A stretch of DNA of 61,549 bases. It comes from a virus. Taxonomy: Duplodnaviria; Caudoviricetes. Below are positions 26,618-42,337 of this stretch, piece by piece. The first letter of the stretch is position 1, and each line of letters begins with the position of its first letter. The stretch covers positions 1 to 61,549 of IMG/VR virus record IMGVR_UViG_3300021225_000417; one strand, written 5' to 3'. Both the position numbers and the translations under genes were made by a program. The notes beneath the pieces are model-generated. The model saw nothing but the letters and a program-made list of their open reading frames with translations. It was not told the origin of the DNA and did no database searches.

Positions 26618-26964
26618 TGCAGCCGATCACTGTCACGGCGTCCGACGCTTCTGTTGCGCCAAAAGCCACGGGCCTGGTTCGATTTGATGATTGGGCCCCG
26701 GGGGACGTTGCCTTTCAGGTGACGGTTACGGGCACCGTCAATTATACCGTTCAGACGTCAATGGATGATCCGAACAGCCCGACCAATCCCGTTCCTCTTG
26801 GCTCTATGACATGGATACCTGCGACGGACACAAACGTCGTTGGCCAGACCGCTTCGAAGTCCAGCACATTTTCTGCCGCTCCGATTTTTGCGCGGGTGTT
26901 GCTGAATAGCGGAAACGGGTCTATTTCGGCAACCTTCCGCCAGAATAGCAATGGCCCGATTTAA
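26617..26964 (+). CDS. Virion structural protein (beta-rich)
   Basis: GTVNYTVQ.S.DDP; operon position. Confidence 0.7.
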   Translation: MQPITVTASDASVAPKATGLVRFDDWAPGDVAFQVTVTGTVNYTVQTSMDDPNSPTNPVPLGSMTWIPATDTNVVGQTASKSSTFSAAPIFARVLLNSGNGSISATFRQNSNGPI

Positions 26965-26977
26965 ATAAGGGGCGATA

Positions 26978-27660
26978 ATGGCTACGAGCGGCACATATAC
27001 GTTCAATCCGTCGCTCGGCGAGCTAACGGTCTACGCCTATCAGATGATAGGCGTGCGACCCACTGCTCTTTTGCAAGAGCATATGGACGCCGCGCGCATC
27101 GCAACAAACATGATGTTTACGCGGTGGAGCAATCAAGGCGTCAATCTCTGGCAAGTTTCTTTTACGACGGTTCCGCTGATTACTGGACAATCCAGTTATC
27201 AAGTTCCGTCGAATGTTGTCGTAATGCTTGATGCCTACATTTCGACTGCCACTGGTGGACCGGCTATTGATCGCGTGATCCTCCCAATCAGCAGAACGGA
27301 ATATGCCTCCTATCCAAACAAATCCCAGCAAGGATTTCCAACGACGTTCTGGTTTGACCGACAGCTAAATCCGAGCGTTTATCTATGGCCCGTCCCTGAC
27401 GGAAGCCAAACTTCGTTCAATTACTACGCTGTTCTTCGAATTCAAGATGCGAACCTTACTGGCACGCAGCAACTTGATATACCGCCTATTTGGTTGGAGG
27501 CTATGGCTTACGGCCTCGCCGAGCGTCTTGCAATAATCTGGGCCCCCGATAAAGTCGCACTCATGAAGCCTATGGCGGATGAGGCGTATCAAATTGCGGC
27601 GGCGCAGAATATCGAGACGGCATCACAGTATATCTCGCCCCAGATTAGCGGATACTGGCG

Positions 27661-27664
<4 letters not shown>
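26978..27664 (+). CDS. Head-tail adaptor (P22 gp4-like)
   Basis: MATSGT..F, W.NQG.NLW, ISR.EY...PNK..G.P, LWPVPD, GLA..LA. Confidence 0.75.
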
Positions 27665-32579
<4,915 letters not shown>

Positions 32580-34889
32580 TTGGCGACGTATTTCATTGAT
32601 TTCGCAGGCGGGAATGACGCAAATGACGGGACAACATTTGCGCTGCGCAAAAAAACCTATACGGGTATCACCCCGACTGCGGGCGATGAGGTGCGTTTTG
32701 CAAAGTCTCCAGATCCTCTTCCTATTGGCAACGCAACGTGGACGACTGGCGCTCGCCAAAGTGCCGTTAATATAGCTTCATCCACGAACGCGTCTCCGAT
32801 AGAGATTACCACGAGCGCAAATCACGGTCTCTCCGCCGGAAATTACGTGAGTATTATTTCGCATACGGTGAATACGAATGCGAATGGCTTGTGGAAGGTT
32901 GGGGCAGTAACTTCGCCAACTGTTTTTTCAATATTGCAAATGGATGGCTCTAACACCACCGGGAATGGTGTTGGGGGCGCAACCGGCACTAGCACAAACG
33001 TAACAAATTGCTTTGTAAAACTGGCTTCTCCGCTGACACAAAATGTCGCTTTGTGTGGAGGGTTAGGTCAAAAGATAAATTGGACAGGCGCTACAAATGT
33101 TACGCCTACAATAACAACCGCAGCAAATTCGTATAAAGAAGGATACGGAGGTCTTAGCATAGCCATAGCCGCCGCGTTCACAACAGGCGTCGCGGCATAT
33201 TATAACTTTCCCTCTGCGATTAATCTTTCAGGCTATCAACAGATTTGTTTTTCGATGAGGCAAACATCCGGAACAGTTGCTTCTGCGAACGATGTGACAA
33301 TAACTTTATGCAGCGGCACAAACGGAACAAGTCCGCAAAATACATTTAATATTCCGGCAATGCCAGCGCTTAATACCTGGATACCTGTAGTTATCAATCT
33401 TGGAACAGACCTATTTAGCTCAATCGCATCTATATCTTTTAATGTTGTAGTTGATAGGGGCGCGCAGACCTTTAACATAGACAATATATTTGCCAGCAAG
33501 GCGTCTGGCTCTAACGATGCTCTTAATCTCTCATCTCTTATCTCAAAATCGAGCGGAACCGGCGACGAACCGTGGTATGGAATTCAGTCAATAAACTTTG
33601 ATGCCGTTATGCTTTCTACCACTCTTTCTTATAGCCCTGAAAACACTAATATTGGAGGATATAGCAACGGCGTCACCGCAACAACCGCAACATATCGGAG
33701 AGAAACATTTCAAACCGCTCCTCTCGCAACAGCTATTACTGGAAATGCTTCTGGAAGCCTTGCAAACCCAATCATCTATTCTGGCGGATGGGATACGTCG
33801 ACAAGTATGACGACCCAAACAGGCATTAGTTATTACGACGGAGCACTTTCTGGGTTTAATAACCTCGGTAGCGGACTTGCCAATGGAATTGTCTGCACCA
33901 ATTTGTCGGGTTTGTCTTTTGATAAAATATATATATGCAGATACGATATTGGATTTCACGCTACTACATCTTCGTCTGCCATTAGCTTGGGAACTATGTT
34001 CGCGACTAATTGCCGCATTGGGGTGGCCTCTAGCAACAACGCTAATACTTTAAGCGCGACTAAATTGATACTCAATAATAACAACACTAGCATGTTTTTA
34101 TTTCCTGGAATAAACTGCTCTTTTCAAGACATTCAATCAAGCAGCGGAGGTCTTTCTTTTTCGACTTCATGCAACAAAATCACTATTGATAATTTAATCT
34201 CCGCAAATGGTATAATGGTCATTCAGACCGCTTCAAATTTTTATATAAAAAACTTGACCTGCAGGGAGAGCGTAAATAATTCTATCAGAGTTAATGGTTC
34301 GGTTGTTAACACTTTAATAGGCGCTGGAACGATTGATCTTCCCATCATTCTGAACCAGTCATATACCCAGATATACCTCAGCAACGTTACCATATCCTCG
34401 GCGACTGAAGTCGCTTATGCGTCTAATATTGTTGAGTCGTATGTATACTCCAATCGACACGACAACACGGACAACAATAGCTGGATTTGGCTACCTTATG
34501 GCACAATAAATCAGCAGTCTTCTGTTATAGACAGCCCCGCGACGACATCTTGGAGAATGTCGCCTTCGATTAGTGGTAATTCTTCCTTTAATCCCGTATT
34601 CATGAAATTGGCGACGGTTGTATGCGCAGCTAATTCTCTTGTTACGGTAACAGCAAGAATGCTCCGGAGTGACACGGGCCTGACAATGCGACTTATTTGC
34701 CCCGGGGGCCAAATACTCGGCGTTGTGAACGATGTCTTCTCTGACATGACCGCTGCCGCTAATACATGGGAAACCGTGACCATCACGTTCACGCCCACAA
34801 GACCCGGCGGCGTAAATATTTACGCTCATGCGTTTGGGGGAACTACTTTTAACGGATACGTGTGCAACGTAAACGCGTCTCAAGCATAA
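32580..34889 (+). CDS. Tailspike/receptor-binding protein
   Basis: YFID..GGND.NDG start; N/S/T-rich beta-helix-like middle; AT-rich; TTG start after GGAGG. Confidence 0.7.
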   Translation: MATYFIDFAGGNDANDGTTFALRKKTYTGITPTAGDEVRFAKSPDPLPIGNATWTTGARQSAVNIASSTNASPIEITTSANHGLSAGNYVSIISHTVNTNANGLWKVGAVTSPTVFSILQMDGSNTTGNGVGGATGTSTNVTNCFVKLASPLTQNVALCGGLGQKINWTGATNVTPTITTAANSYKEGYGGLSIAIAAAFTTGVAAYYNFPSAINLSGYQQICFSMRQTSGTVASANDVTITLCSGTNGTSPQNTFNIPAMPALNTWIPVVINLGTDLFSSIASISFNVVVDRGAQTFNIDNIFASKASGSNDALNLSSLISKSSGTGDEPWYGIQSINFDAVMLSTTLSYSPENTNIGGYSNGVTATTATYRRETFQTAPLATAITGNASGSLANPIIYSGGWDTSTSMTTQTGISYYDGALSGFNNLGSGLANGIVCTNLSGLSFDKIYICRYDIGFHATTSSSAISLGTMFATNCRIGVASSNNANTLSATKLILNNNNTSMFLFPGINCSFQDIQSSSGGLSFSTSCNKITIDNLISANGIMVIQTASNFYIKNLTCRESVNNSIRVNGSVVNTLIGAGTIDLPIILNQSYTQIYLSNVTISSATEVAYASNIVESYVYSNRHDNTDNNSWIWLPYGTINQQSSVIDSPATTSWRMSPSISGNSSFNPVFMKLATVVCAANSLVTVTARMLRSDTGLTMRLICPGGQILGVVNDVFSDMTAAANTWETVTITFTPTRPGGVNIYAHAFGGTTFNGYVCNVNASQA

Positions 34890-34899
34890 CGGGGTTAAC

Positions 34900-35082
34900 A
34901 TGACGATTTATCCAATAGTCGATCAAGCAATAGATGAGGCCGGCAAGCATCGCATTCGCCTTGACATAAATGGTAATTCAATCATGTTTAAATATGACGA
35001 GATGCCTAGCGAAGAGCAGCTTCAGAAAGATGCGGACGATTACGTAAAAATGATCACGCCTGCCGATCCTCCGACTGATTAG
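34900..35082 (+). CDS. Hypothetical protein
   Basis: GGGG RBS; operon position. Confidence 0.55.
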   Translation: MTIYPIVDQAIDEAGKHRIRLDINGNSIMFKYDEMPSEEQLQKDADDYVKMITPADPPTD

Positions 35083-35092
35083 GTGAAAGCCA

Positions 35093-35299
35093 GTGCCTCT
35101 CCCGACGCGCTCTCAGGTAACGACAGGCGATTATTCAAATCAAGCGCAGCCTGCTATTTACCTTGAGGCCAAAACTCTTTCTCCTTCTTCGTCAACGCTT
35201 GATTATAGCAATCAAGCGCAGCCTGCGGTTGGCCTACCTTCCACTGCCCCGGCTCCGTCTCAAAATTCTAATTTCTTTTTATTCTTCAATGTTTTTTGA
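35093..35299 (+). CDS. Small protein with duplicated DYSNQAQPA and C-terminal NFFLFF
   Basis: GTG start after AGGTG; internal repeat. Confidence 0.5.
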   Translation: MPLPTRSQVTTGDYSNQAQPAIYLEAKTLSPSSSTLDYSNQAQPAVGLPSTAPAPSQNSNFFLFFNVF

Positions 35300-35351
35300 T
35301 TAAACATGAAGTCTCAACAAGGTTCCATGTCTACAAGATAAGGAGAGTAAA

Positions 35352-35531
35352 ATGCCTGCAGATACTATTAGATACGCTCATGTGACAAACGAAGGCGTCG
35401 TTGCCGAGATTGTGGTGATCCCATATGAGTTGAGAACAGTCGCGCAGAAACCCGGAACGCGTTTGGTTTTTGATGTTCCAGAAGACGCTCAGGAAGGCTG
35501 GACGTATCAAGATGGCGTCTGGTCTGCCTGA
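35352..35531 (+). CDS. Small tail-fibre-associated protein (59 aa, absent from the ORF track)
   Basis: Translated by hand: YAHVTNEGVVAEIVV...AQEGWTYQDGVWS; TAAGGAG RBS. Confidence 0.65.
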   Translation: MPADTIRYAHVTNEGVVAEIVVIPYELRTVAQKPGTRLVFDVPEDAQEGWTYQDGVWSA

Positions 35532-35568
35532 CACGTAGCATACGCATTAATGAAGGGGGAATGCGACC

Positions 35569-37782
35569 ATGCCAGTGAGTGCAGACAGCGGCAAGGAATT
35601 CACGCGCCAAATGATGGCCGGTATCAAGCACGACAGGATGCTTGATATCGGCGTTGGTTGCGGCACCTACGCCAAACTTTTTCCAAAATCTTCGTGGGTC
35701 GGAGTAGAGGCGTGGGAGCCATATGTCTCTGAATTCGGCCTATTAGATCTTTACGAAAACCTTGTCGTCGCTGACGCCAGAACCGTTGATTATAATAGTC
35801 TCGGGCGATTTGATGTAGCCATCGCTGGCGACGTCCTTGAGCATATGACATCGGAGGAAGCGGCTGATCTCGTTGCGCGGCTCAAGGATGTCGCAGATTA
35901 TGTCTTCGTCAGCATTCCTCTTGGGCATTGCCCGCAAGATGCCGTCAACGGCAACGAATACGAGCGCCATATTGAGGATTGGAGCGACGAAAAGGTTCGT
36001 AAGGTTTTTGGCGAGCCTGTTGCGGCGCATATTGACTGGATTATTGGTGTCTATGTGTTCTCCAACAAGTCGGTTGCTGTTCCGAAGACGATCCATGTCA
36101 TTTGGGTTGGCGACGAAAGCATCCGTCCGGACAGGTTCATAGACAGTTGGCGTCATAAAAATCCTTCATGGTCTCTAAAAATATGGGGCAACAAAGAACT
36201 CGCGGAAACGAACTGGCAGAACAAGGCGCTGATTGATAGATATTACGCAGACGGGCAGTATTGCGGCGTAGCCGATCTCATGCGCTACGAGATATTGCTG
36301 AATGAAGGTGGATTTTGTGTTGACGCAGACAGTGAATGCGTCGCTACTCTCGATGACTTCCTGTTTCACTCTGATATTGTCTGCGCCTACGAGAGCGAGC
36401 AAGCGAGAGGCGGGACGGTTGCCGTAGGCAACATGGGCGCAAAAGCTGGCCTTCCATTCTTTCAAAGAATTATTGATAGCATCAAAGCGGACGAAAGTGC
36501 GCATGAGCGCCTCCCGTGGCTATCCACGGGCCCAACGGTCCTGACGCGCGAGATTGATGCCGACAGGCCAAATAGCATCAGCATCTTTCCGTCTTACACT
36601 TTTATTCCAAATCACTTTGCCGCCCCGGAATACGCCGGAGGAGGGAAAATCTACGCGAAACAATTCTGGGGCTCTACGAACAATAATTATGGCCGCATCG
36701 GCATGTATCGAAGCAAGCTAAAGATTTGCGTCTATTCAATCGCAAAAAATGAAGAGAAGTTCGTCGGTAGATGGGCGGGATCAGCCAATGGCGCAGATCT
36801 GATCTTTTTGGCGGATACCGGTAGCACTGACGGGACAGTCAATGAATGCGCAAAGCACGGCGTCGATGTGCGCCGCATCACGATTGATCCGTGGCGGTTT
36901 GACTATGCTCGCAATGCAGCGCTTGCGATGATCCCGGAAGACATAGACGTATGCATCAGTCTCGACCTCGACGAAGTTCTTTCCGATGGCTGGCGAGAAG
37001 AGATTGAGCGATCTTGGGCACATGACACGACCAGAATTCAGCACGCGTTCTCTTTCTCGCCCGGTCTTTATTACTACAATACGCGCATCCACGCCCGGCG
37101 GGGGTATTATTGGCGGCATATGTGTCACGAGATTGTTTGCCCCGCTCCCGGCGTTGTCGAGAGAATGGTCTTCAACGACAAAATTCTGATCTCTCACAAG
37201 CCCGACCAGACAAAGAGCCGCTCAGGCTATCTTGATCTTCTCGCCACTGCGGCAAGGGACGATCGGGCGTGCCCGAGAATGGCTTACTACTACGCCAGAG
37301 AGCTGAGCTATCGAGGGCTCTGGGCCGAATGCATTGCGGAGTTTGAGCGCTATTTGTCCATGCCAACAGCTGTCTGGAACAGTGAGAGATCCTTCGCCAT
37401 GAGAACCATCGCTCAAGGCTATGAAAATCTTGGCCAGCGGGATCGGGCAGAGGTTTTTTGGCTCAAGGCGGCGTCTGAGACGCCAGGTCAACGAGAGCCG
37501 TGGGTTGGTCTGGCGCAGCTTTATTACAATCAAGGGCGCTGGGATGAGTGCTTGAGCGCGGCGACGCGCGCATTGGCTATAAAAACACGAGAACTTGTAT
37601 ATACTGGAGACCCAGCGGCTTGGGGCGCTCAGCCTCATGATTTGGCGGCAATCGCGGCCTGGAACCTGGGTCTGATGAGCATTGCCGTTACTCAGGGCGA
37701 ACTTGCGCTGCAATTCTGCCCTGACGATCCAAGGTTAAAAGAGAACCTCTTATGGTTCCGAGGCGAGAAAAGGGCTGAGTGA
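35569..37782 (+). CDS. Multidomain SAM-methyltransferase + GT32-like (DXD) + GT2 glycosyltransferase + TPR protein
   Basis: LDIGVGCG, GDVLEH; VPKTIHVIW, ADLMRYEIL..EGG..VDAD; KICVYSIAKNE, DTGSTDGT, PWRFD.ARN, SLDLDE; TPR-like helices. Confidence 0.88.
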   Translation: MPVSADSGKEFTRQMMAGIKHDRMLDIGVGCGTYAKLFPKSSWVGVEAWEPYVSEFGLLDLYENLVVADARTVDYNSLGRFDVAIAGDVLEHMTSEEAADLVARLKDVADYVFVSIPLGHCPQDAVNGNEYERHIEDWSDEKVRKVFGEPVAAHIDWIIGVYVFSNKSVAVPKTIHVIWVGDESIRPDRFIDSWRHKNPSWSLKIWGNKELAETNWQNKALIDRYYADGQYCGVADLMRYEILLNEGGFCVDADSECVATLDDFLFHSDIVCAYESEQARGGTVAVGNMGAKAGLPFFQRIIDSIKADESAHERLPWLSTGPTVLTREIDADRPNSISIFPSYTFIPNHFAAPEYAGGGKIYAKQFWGSTNNNYGRIGMYRSKLKICVYSIAKNEEKFVGRWAGSANGADLIFLADTGSTDGTVNECAKHGVDVRRITIDPWRFDYARNAALAMIPEDIDVCISLDLDEVLSDGWREEIERSWAHDTTRIQHAFSFSPGLYYYNTRIHARRGYYWRHMCHEIVCPAPGVVERMVFNDKILISHKPDQTKSRSGYLDLLATAARDDRACPRMAYYYARELSYRGLWAECIAEFERYLSMPTAVWNSERSFAMRTIAQGYENLGQRDRAEVFWLKAASETPGQREPWVGLAQLYYNQGRWDECLSAATRALAIKTRELVYTGDPAAWGAQPHDLAAIAAWNLGLMSIAVTQGELALQFCPDDPRLKENLLWFRGEKRAE

Positions 37783-38039
37783 TGGACCACCAAACAATGT
37801 TTAACATCGGCATTGGCCTGATCAGCACTATGATGGGATGGTGGCTGAACAATGTTTGGTCCGCCCTCAAGGAGCTTCAATCTGTCGACAGAGAACTTGC
37901 TGAAAAGGTCGCCTCAATCGAAGTTTTGGTGGCGGGTAAATACGTCACCAGAGACGAATTCAATATGACATTAAATCAAGTATTTAGTAAATTAGATCGC
38001 ATAATTGACGCTTTGAACCAGAAGGTTGACCGACAATGA
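37779..38039 (+). CDS. Membrane-anchored coiled-coil protein (holin/antiholin-like)
   Basis: N-terminal TM segment, YVTR.E, KLD; upstream of the endolysin. Confidence 0.6.
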   Translation: MMDHQTMFNIGIGLISTMMGWWLNNVWSALKELQSVDRELAEKVASIEVLVAGKYVTRDEFNMTLNQVFSKLDRIIDALNQKVDRQ

Positions 38040-38413
38040 CAAAACTCAATGCAACCTCAATTACACGCTTGCGCGGCGTAGACGCCAATCTGGTCGCGCT
38101 GGCGAAGAAGGCTCGCGAGATCAGTCCGATCCCGTTTGAGATCACCGAGGGCCTGCGCACGGCTGAGCGTCAGCGCTACCTCGTGAAGACCGGCAAGTCA
38201 CGCACGATGAAGTCGTATCACCTGCGCGGAAAGGCAATTGATTTCGTCGCCATGCCGGCCGGAAAAGTATCGTGGAGTTTGCCGGACTACAAAACCATCG
38301 TCGAGAAGGCTTTCAAGCCGGCCGCCAAGGCGCTGGGATTGTCGGACAAGATCACATATGGCATCTACTGGAAGTCGATTGTCGACGGACCTCATGTTCA
38401 AATCGAGACGTAA
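38036..38413 (+). CDS. Endolysin, peptidase M15 family (L-Ala-D-Glu peptidase)
   Basis: ITEGLRT..RQ, SRTM.SYHL.G.AID, D.PH.Q. Confidence 0.88.
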   Translation: MTKLNATSITRLRGVDANLVALAKKAREISPIPFEITEGLRTAERQRYLVKTGKSRTMKSYHLRGKAIDFVAMPAGKVSWSLPDYKTIVEKAFKPAAKALGLSDKITYGIYWKSIVDGPHVQIET

Positions 38414-38424
38414 GGAGAAAAACT

Positions 38425-38607
38425 ATGCCTGCAATTTTCAAAAACTGGATGACCACAATCCCGGGGATTTTGATGTTTCTGAGCGTCGCGTGGCGCGTAT
38501 ATCAGAACAAGACGATCACGCAAGAAGACATCACCGAGGTTCTCGCGGCCTTTGGCTTCATTGGCGCCAAGGACTTCAACGTGACTGGCGGGGACCGTCA
38601 GGCGTGA
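38425..38607 (+). CDS. Holin
   Basis: KNW.TT..G, two hydrophobic segments, AKD; TAAGGAG RBS. Confidence 0.7.
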   Translation: MPAIFKNWMTTIPGILMFLSVAWRVYQNKTITQEDITEVLAAFGFIGAKDFNVTGGDRQA

Positions 38608-38840
38608 TTTCTTACGCCCTGAGCATCATCAGCAGCCTTTTCTGGGCTGCTGGTAAGCTTTTTGAGTGGCTCTACGCGCGCCAGCTTGTCGACGCCGGTA
38701 AGACGCAGGCGGAGCTTGAGGCGCTGAGAAAGCAGGTTCAGGATGCGCAAGTTGCTGTCGCCGCTCGCGAGGCTGTTCGGGCTGATGTCGCTCTCAACCC
38801 TGATGGGGTGCCAGACGACGACCCGTTCCTTCGAGACTGA
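38604..38840 (+). CDS. Inner-membrane spanin (Rz-like)
   Basis: GTG start; N-terminal TM then coiled coil; overlaps the lipoprotein gene. Confidence 0.6.
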   Translation: MISYALSIISSLFWAAGKLFEWLYARQLVDAGKTQAELEALRKQVQDAQVAVAAREAVRADVALNPDGVPDDDPFLRD

Positions 38841-38982
38841 CACGGGCTTCTGCCAGATTTCGCGGGCCATTTACTACAGCCGGCGCGACACGGCTCCGAC
38901 CATCGCTCAAATCCGCGAGCACAACGCGGTTGGCGTCGCGCTCAAATGTGGGTGGCTTCCGGCAAAAAAGGCCAAGCGATGA
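38743..38982 (+). CDS. Outer-membrane spanin lipoprotein (Rz1-like)
   Basis: Lipobox LMGC; DT..T..QI..HN...CGW. Confidence 0.7.
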   Translation: MRKLLSPLARLFGLMSLSTLMGCQTTTRSFETDTGFCQISRAIYYSRRDTAPTIAQIREHNAVGVALKCGWLPAKKAKR

Positions 38983-39167
38983 GCGAGGTCATAAATCTAA
39001 ATGAAGGAGCCGAGATCGTGATGCTTCGGCGTGAGCTTCGAGAGTGGCGCCGGCGGAACGACCTGGCTTATCAGGAAGGCTGGGACTGGCGAGCACGCGA
39101 GATCATTGCCCTCGAAATCAGGCGACTGAGGATGGCTATCCGGGAAAGAACCGGATCGCCGGCGTAG
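38979..39167 (+). CDS. Hypothetical protein
   Basis: ATGA overlap with the spanin stop. Confidence 0.45.
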   Translation: MSEVINLNEGAEIVMLRRELREWRRRNDLAYQEGWDWRAREIIALEIRRLRMAIRERTGSPA

Positions 39168-39217
39168 GACGCTCGGCCGATATGTGATAGGATCGCCCGG
39201 AATTTGGGGTTTCGGAC

Positions 39218-39967
39218 ATGACAACAGGTCTCAGCTACGCCGGCACGGTGGCCAACACCAGAAGCTACAAGACGCAAATCGCGACTATGGCGGTGGTCGA
39301 CGAGACTGACGTCAATTTTCTTGAGATCCTGCCAATGGCGATCAGCTATGCGGAAAACCGCATCTATCGCGAGGTGGATTTCCTTTTCACCTCGATCGCC
39401 ACGACGGCCTATTCATGCACAATCGGATCGCGCATCATTGCAGTTCCAAGCGGAACGTTCGTCGTCCCAGAGCAAATCAACATTATAACGCCATCGAGCG
39501 TCAGCGACCCGGACCTTGGGACGCGCAATCCATTGACAGCAACCACAAAGGAATTTCTTGATGCTGTATATGGTGTAGCGACCAGCAGGGGGCAGCCTCT
39601 TTATTTCGCACCATTCGACGACTACACCTTTCTTCTCGGTCCATATCCGGACCAGACATATACCGTCGAGATTGTCGGAACCTATCGCCCGCAAAGCCTC
39701 GGCGACGGAACCAACGGCACACAGACTACCACCTTCATCAGCCTTTATCTGCCAGAGCTGTTCATCATGGCGAGCATGATCTACGTCGCCGCCTATCAGA
39801 GAAACTTCAGCAGTGCGCAAGGAAATGATCCGGCAATGCCCGTGACGTATGAGACACAGTATCAGGCTCTATTGAAGAGCGCGCTCAACGAAGAGAACCG
39901 CAAGAAATTTGAGGCTGCGGCTTGGAGTTCGCAGAGCGTTTCCACCTCAGCAACACCGACGCGGTAA
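39218..39967 (+). CDS. Tail adaptor/tubular protein
   Basis: AENRIYR, G.P.YF, LGP.PD..Y.VE, T..S...P. Confidence 0.7.
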   Translation: MTTGLSYAGTVANTRSYKTQIATMAVVDETDVNFLEILPMAISYAENRIYREVDFLFTSIATTAYSCTIGSRIIAVPSGTFVVPEQINIITPSSVSDPDLGTRNPLTATTKEFLDAVYGVATSRGQPLYFAPFDDYTFLLGPYPDQTYTVEIVGTYRPQSLGDGTNGTQTTTFISLYLPELFIMASMIYVAAYQRNFSSAQGNDPAMPVTYETQYQALLKSALNEENRKKFEAAAWSSQSVSTSATPTR

Positions 39968-39973
39968 TAATTT

Positions 39974-42337
39974 ATGGCCCACGCGACACTAAAGCTTCTT
40001 CCCGGCGTTGATCAGAACCGCACGCTTACGCTGAATGAAGCCGCTATTTCATATTCAAATCTCGTGCGTTTTGTTTTTGACAAGCAGGGTATTGGTCTTG
40101 TTCAAAAGCTTGGGGGCTGGCTCCGATATCCGACGAATTCTTCTGCGTCAAATGTCGGAACTGTTTGCCGGGCTCTTTGGGCATGGGAAGACACAAACGC
40201 CAACACATATCTTGGCGTTGGATGCCAAGGCACCAGCGTCAATGGAAATGGCCTCTCAATTATTTTTGGTGGAACGCGCCAAATTATTACGCCGCGCACG
40301 GACATACAGAATTTTCAGCTTCCTCCGCTTTTCCCGGCATCTGTTGACGGAGTTCAAACCACAAGCGGCAGCGCGATCGTTCAAATAAACGCAACCGGCT
40401 CAAATGTAGATGATTACGACAGCGTCTATATCCAGACACCAATTGCTGTCGGCGGCCTCGTTCTTTTTGGGACATATTCGTGTTCGTATTTAAGTCCCGA
40501 TGCGTTTCGAATTGTTTCTACAGACGCCTTGGGAGACCCCAAGGCGGCAACATCAACCGTCGGCGCTCCCGGCGGCGGCGCGGTCCCGACTTTCGATGCG
40601 ACAATCGGCGATGCCCTGATCACCGTTACATTGACGGCGCATGGGTATTTGGCTGGCGATACGTTCTCCGTTATTGTTCCTGTATTTTCCGGATCAATCA
40701 GGATTTATGGCAATTACACCGTCGTGCAGGTCTTGTCGGCGAATACATTTACAATTAGAGCCGATAACTCTGCGACATCAATCGTTCCGACCAGCGCCGT
40801 CACGACCGGGGCATCGGCAACGATCACATTCCCCGGCACCTATGTTTTCTCTGCTGGCGACACAATAACGGTTGCCGGCGCGACGCCGGCCGGGCTGAAT
40901 ACTGCGGGCGCGACCGTCACCGCGGCGACGGCGAACACCGTCACCTACGCCAACGCGACTGCGGCGGGAAGCTACGCCAGCATTGGTGGCACAATCTTCA
41001 ACACGCTGACGCTCATGAACCTCGGGCGCGCGCGCTATCTTTTCTATCGCACGCCCGGCCCAATCCCGACAGGCACGGGTTACGGTGTCGCCGGATACGG
41101 CGCCGGCGGATACGGCACGGGCGTCACCGCTTCCGGGTCTTCTGAAGGATCGCCGATCGACGTGACAGATTGGACGCTTGATAATTGGGGCGACACGCTG
41201 GTCGCATGCCCGGTGGGCGGCGGCATTTATACGTGGCAGCCCGCAACTGGCTCGACCGTCGCGTCAATCATCCCGCAGGCTCCGCCCGTGAATGACGGCA
41301 TGTTTGTCGCCATGCCGCAGCGGCAGATCATTTCGTGGGGAACAACCTTCACTGGCATTCAGGATCCGCTGCTTCTGCGCTGGTGCGACGTCAACGCCTA
41401 CAACTCGTGGATTGCGCTGCCAACCAATCAGGCGGGCTCCTATCGCATCCCGCGCGGGTCGAGCATTATCGCATGCATTCAGGGTCCCCAGCAGGGCCTC
41501 GTGTGGACAGACCTCGCCGTGTGGGCGATGCAATATGTTGGCCCTCCCTACGTCTACCAGTTCAATGAAATCGGAACCGGATGCGGGCTGATCGCGCGCA
41601 AGGCAGCGACGTCAATGAATGGCGTTGTCTACTGGATGGGGCAAAGCCAATTCTTCCGCCTTGGGCCATCTGGAGTTGAGCCGATAAAGTGTCCGATCTG
41701 GGATGTTATCTTTCAGGATCTGGATCGGAACAATGTCACAAAAATTCGCGCTGCAGCCAATTCGCGCTTCAGTGAAATTGCGTGGCACTATCCAACAACG
41801 ACCAACGGCGGCGAAGTCAGCGCATACGTTAAATACAATATTGCGCTCGACCAATGGGATTTCGGATATGACGTCAGCGGCGTCAGCGCCGCCCGCACGG
41901 CGTGGATTAATGAAAGCGTTCTGGGTCCGCCTATTGGGGCTGGCGTTCTTAATTCGCAGAACCTGATCTATCAGCACGAAACAAGCCCTGATGCTGATGG
42001 CGTCGTTATGCCGTCCGAGTTCCAGACCGGATATTTCTCGATGGCGGACGGAGAGTTCAAGGTTTTCGTGGATCAGGTGTGGCCCGATATGAAATGGGGC
42101 TACTACGGAGGTCAGCAAATTGCGCACGTTCAGCTGACATTTTTTGTCGCTGATTATCCAGAGGGTCCGGTTCGCACATACGGGCCATACTCAATGACCA
42201 ATCAAACGCAATTTCTTACGCCTCGCTTTCGTGGGCGTTTGATGTCAATCAAATTAAAAAGCGACAACGTAGAATTAAACACGTTTTGGCGTATTGGCGG
42301 AATGCGCTATCGGTTTGAGCAGGACGGAAAGTTCTAA
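39974..42337 (+). CDS. Tail nozzle / P22 gp10-like packaged DNA stabilization protein
   Basis: L.PG, NLVRF, KLGGW, W.LDNWG, LRWCD, NQAG, WTD, CGLI, YWMG, R.RGR. Confidence 0.8.
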   Translation: MAHATLKLLPGVDQNRTLTLNEAAISYSNLVRFVFDKQGIGLVQKLGGWLRYPTNSSASNVGTVCRALWAWEDTNANTYLGVGCQGTSVNGNGLSIIFGGTRQIITPRTDIQNFQLPPLFPASVDGVQTTSGSAIVQINATGSNVDDYDSVYIQTPIAVGGLVLFGTYSCSYLSPDAFRIVSTDALGDPKAATSTVGAPGGGAVPTFDATIGDALITVTLTAHGYLAGDTFSVIVPVFSGSIRIYGNYTVVQVLSANTFTIRADNSATSIVPTSAVTTGASATITFPGTYVFSAGDTITVAGATPAGLNTAGATVTAATANTVTYANATAAGSYASIGGTIFNTLTLMNLGRARYLFYRTPGPIPTGTGYGVAGYGAGGYGTGVTASGSSEGSPIDVTDWTLDNWGDTLVACPVGGGIYTWQPATGSTVASIIPQAPPVNDGMFVAMPQRQIISWGTTFTGIQDPLLLRWCDVNAYNSWIALPTNQAGSYRIPRGSSIIACIQGPQQGLVWTDLAVWAMQYVGPPYVYQFNEIGTGCGLIARKAATSMNGVVYWMGQSQFFRLGPSGVEPIKCPIWDVIFQDLDRNNVTKIRAAANSRFSEIAWHYPTTTNGGEVSAYVKYNIALDQWDFGYDVSGVSAARTAWINESVLGPPIGAGVLNSQNLIYQHETSPDADGVVMPSEFQTGYFSMADGEFKVFVDQVWPDMKWGYYGGQQIAHVQLTFFVADYPEGPVRTYGPYSMTNQTQFLTPRFRGRLMSIKLKSDNVELNTFWRIGGMRYRFEQDGKF

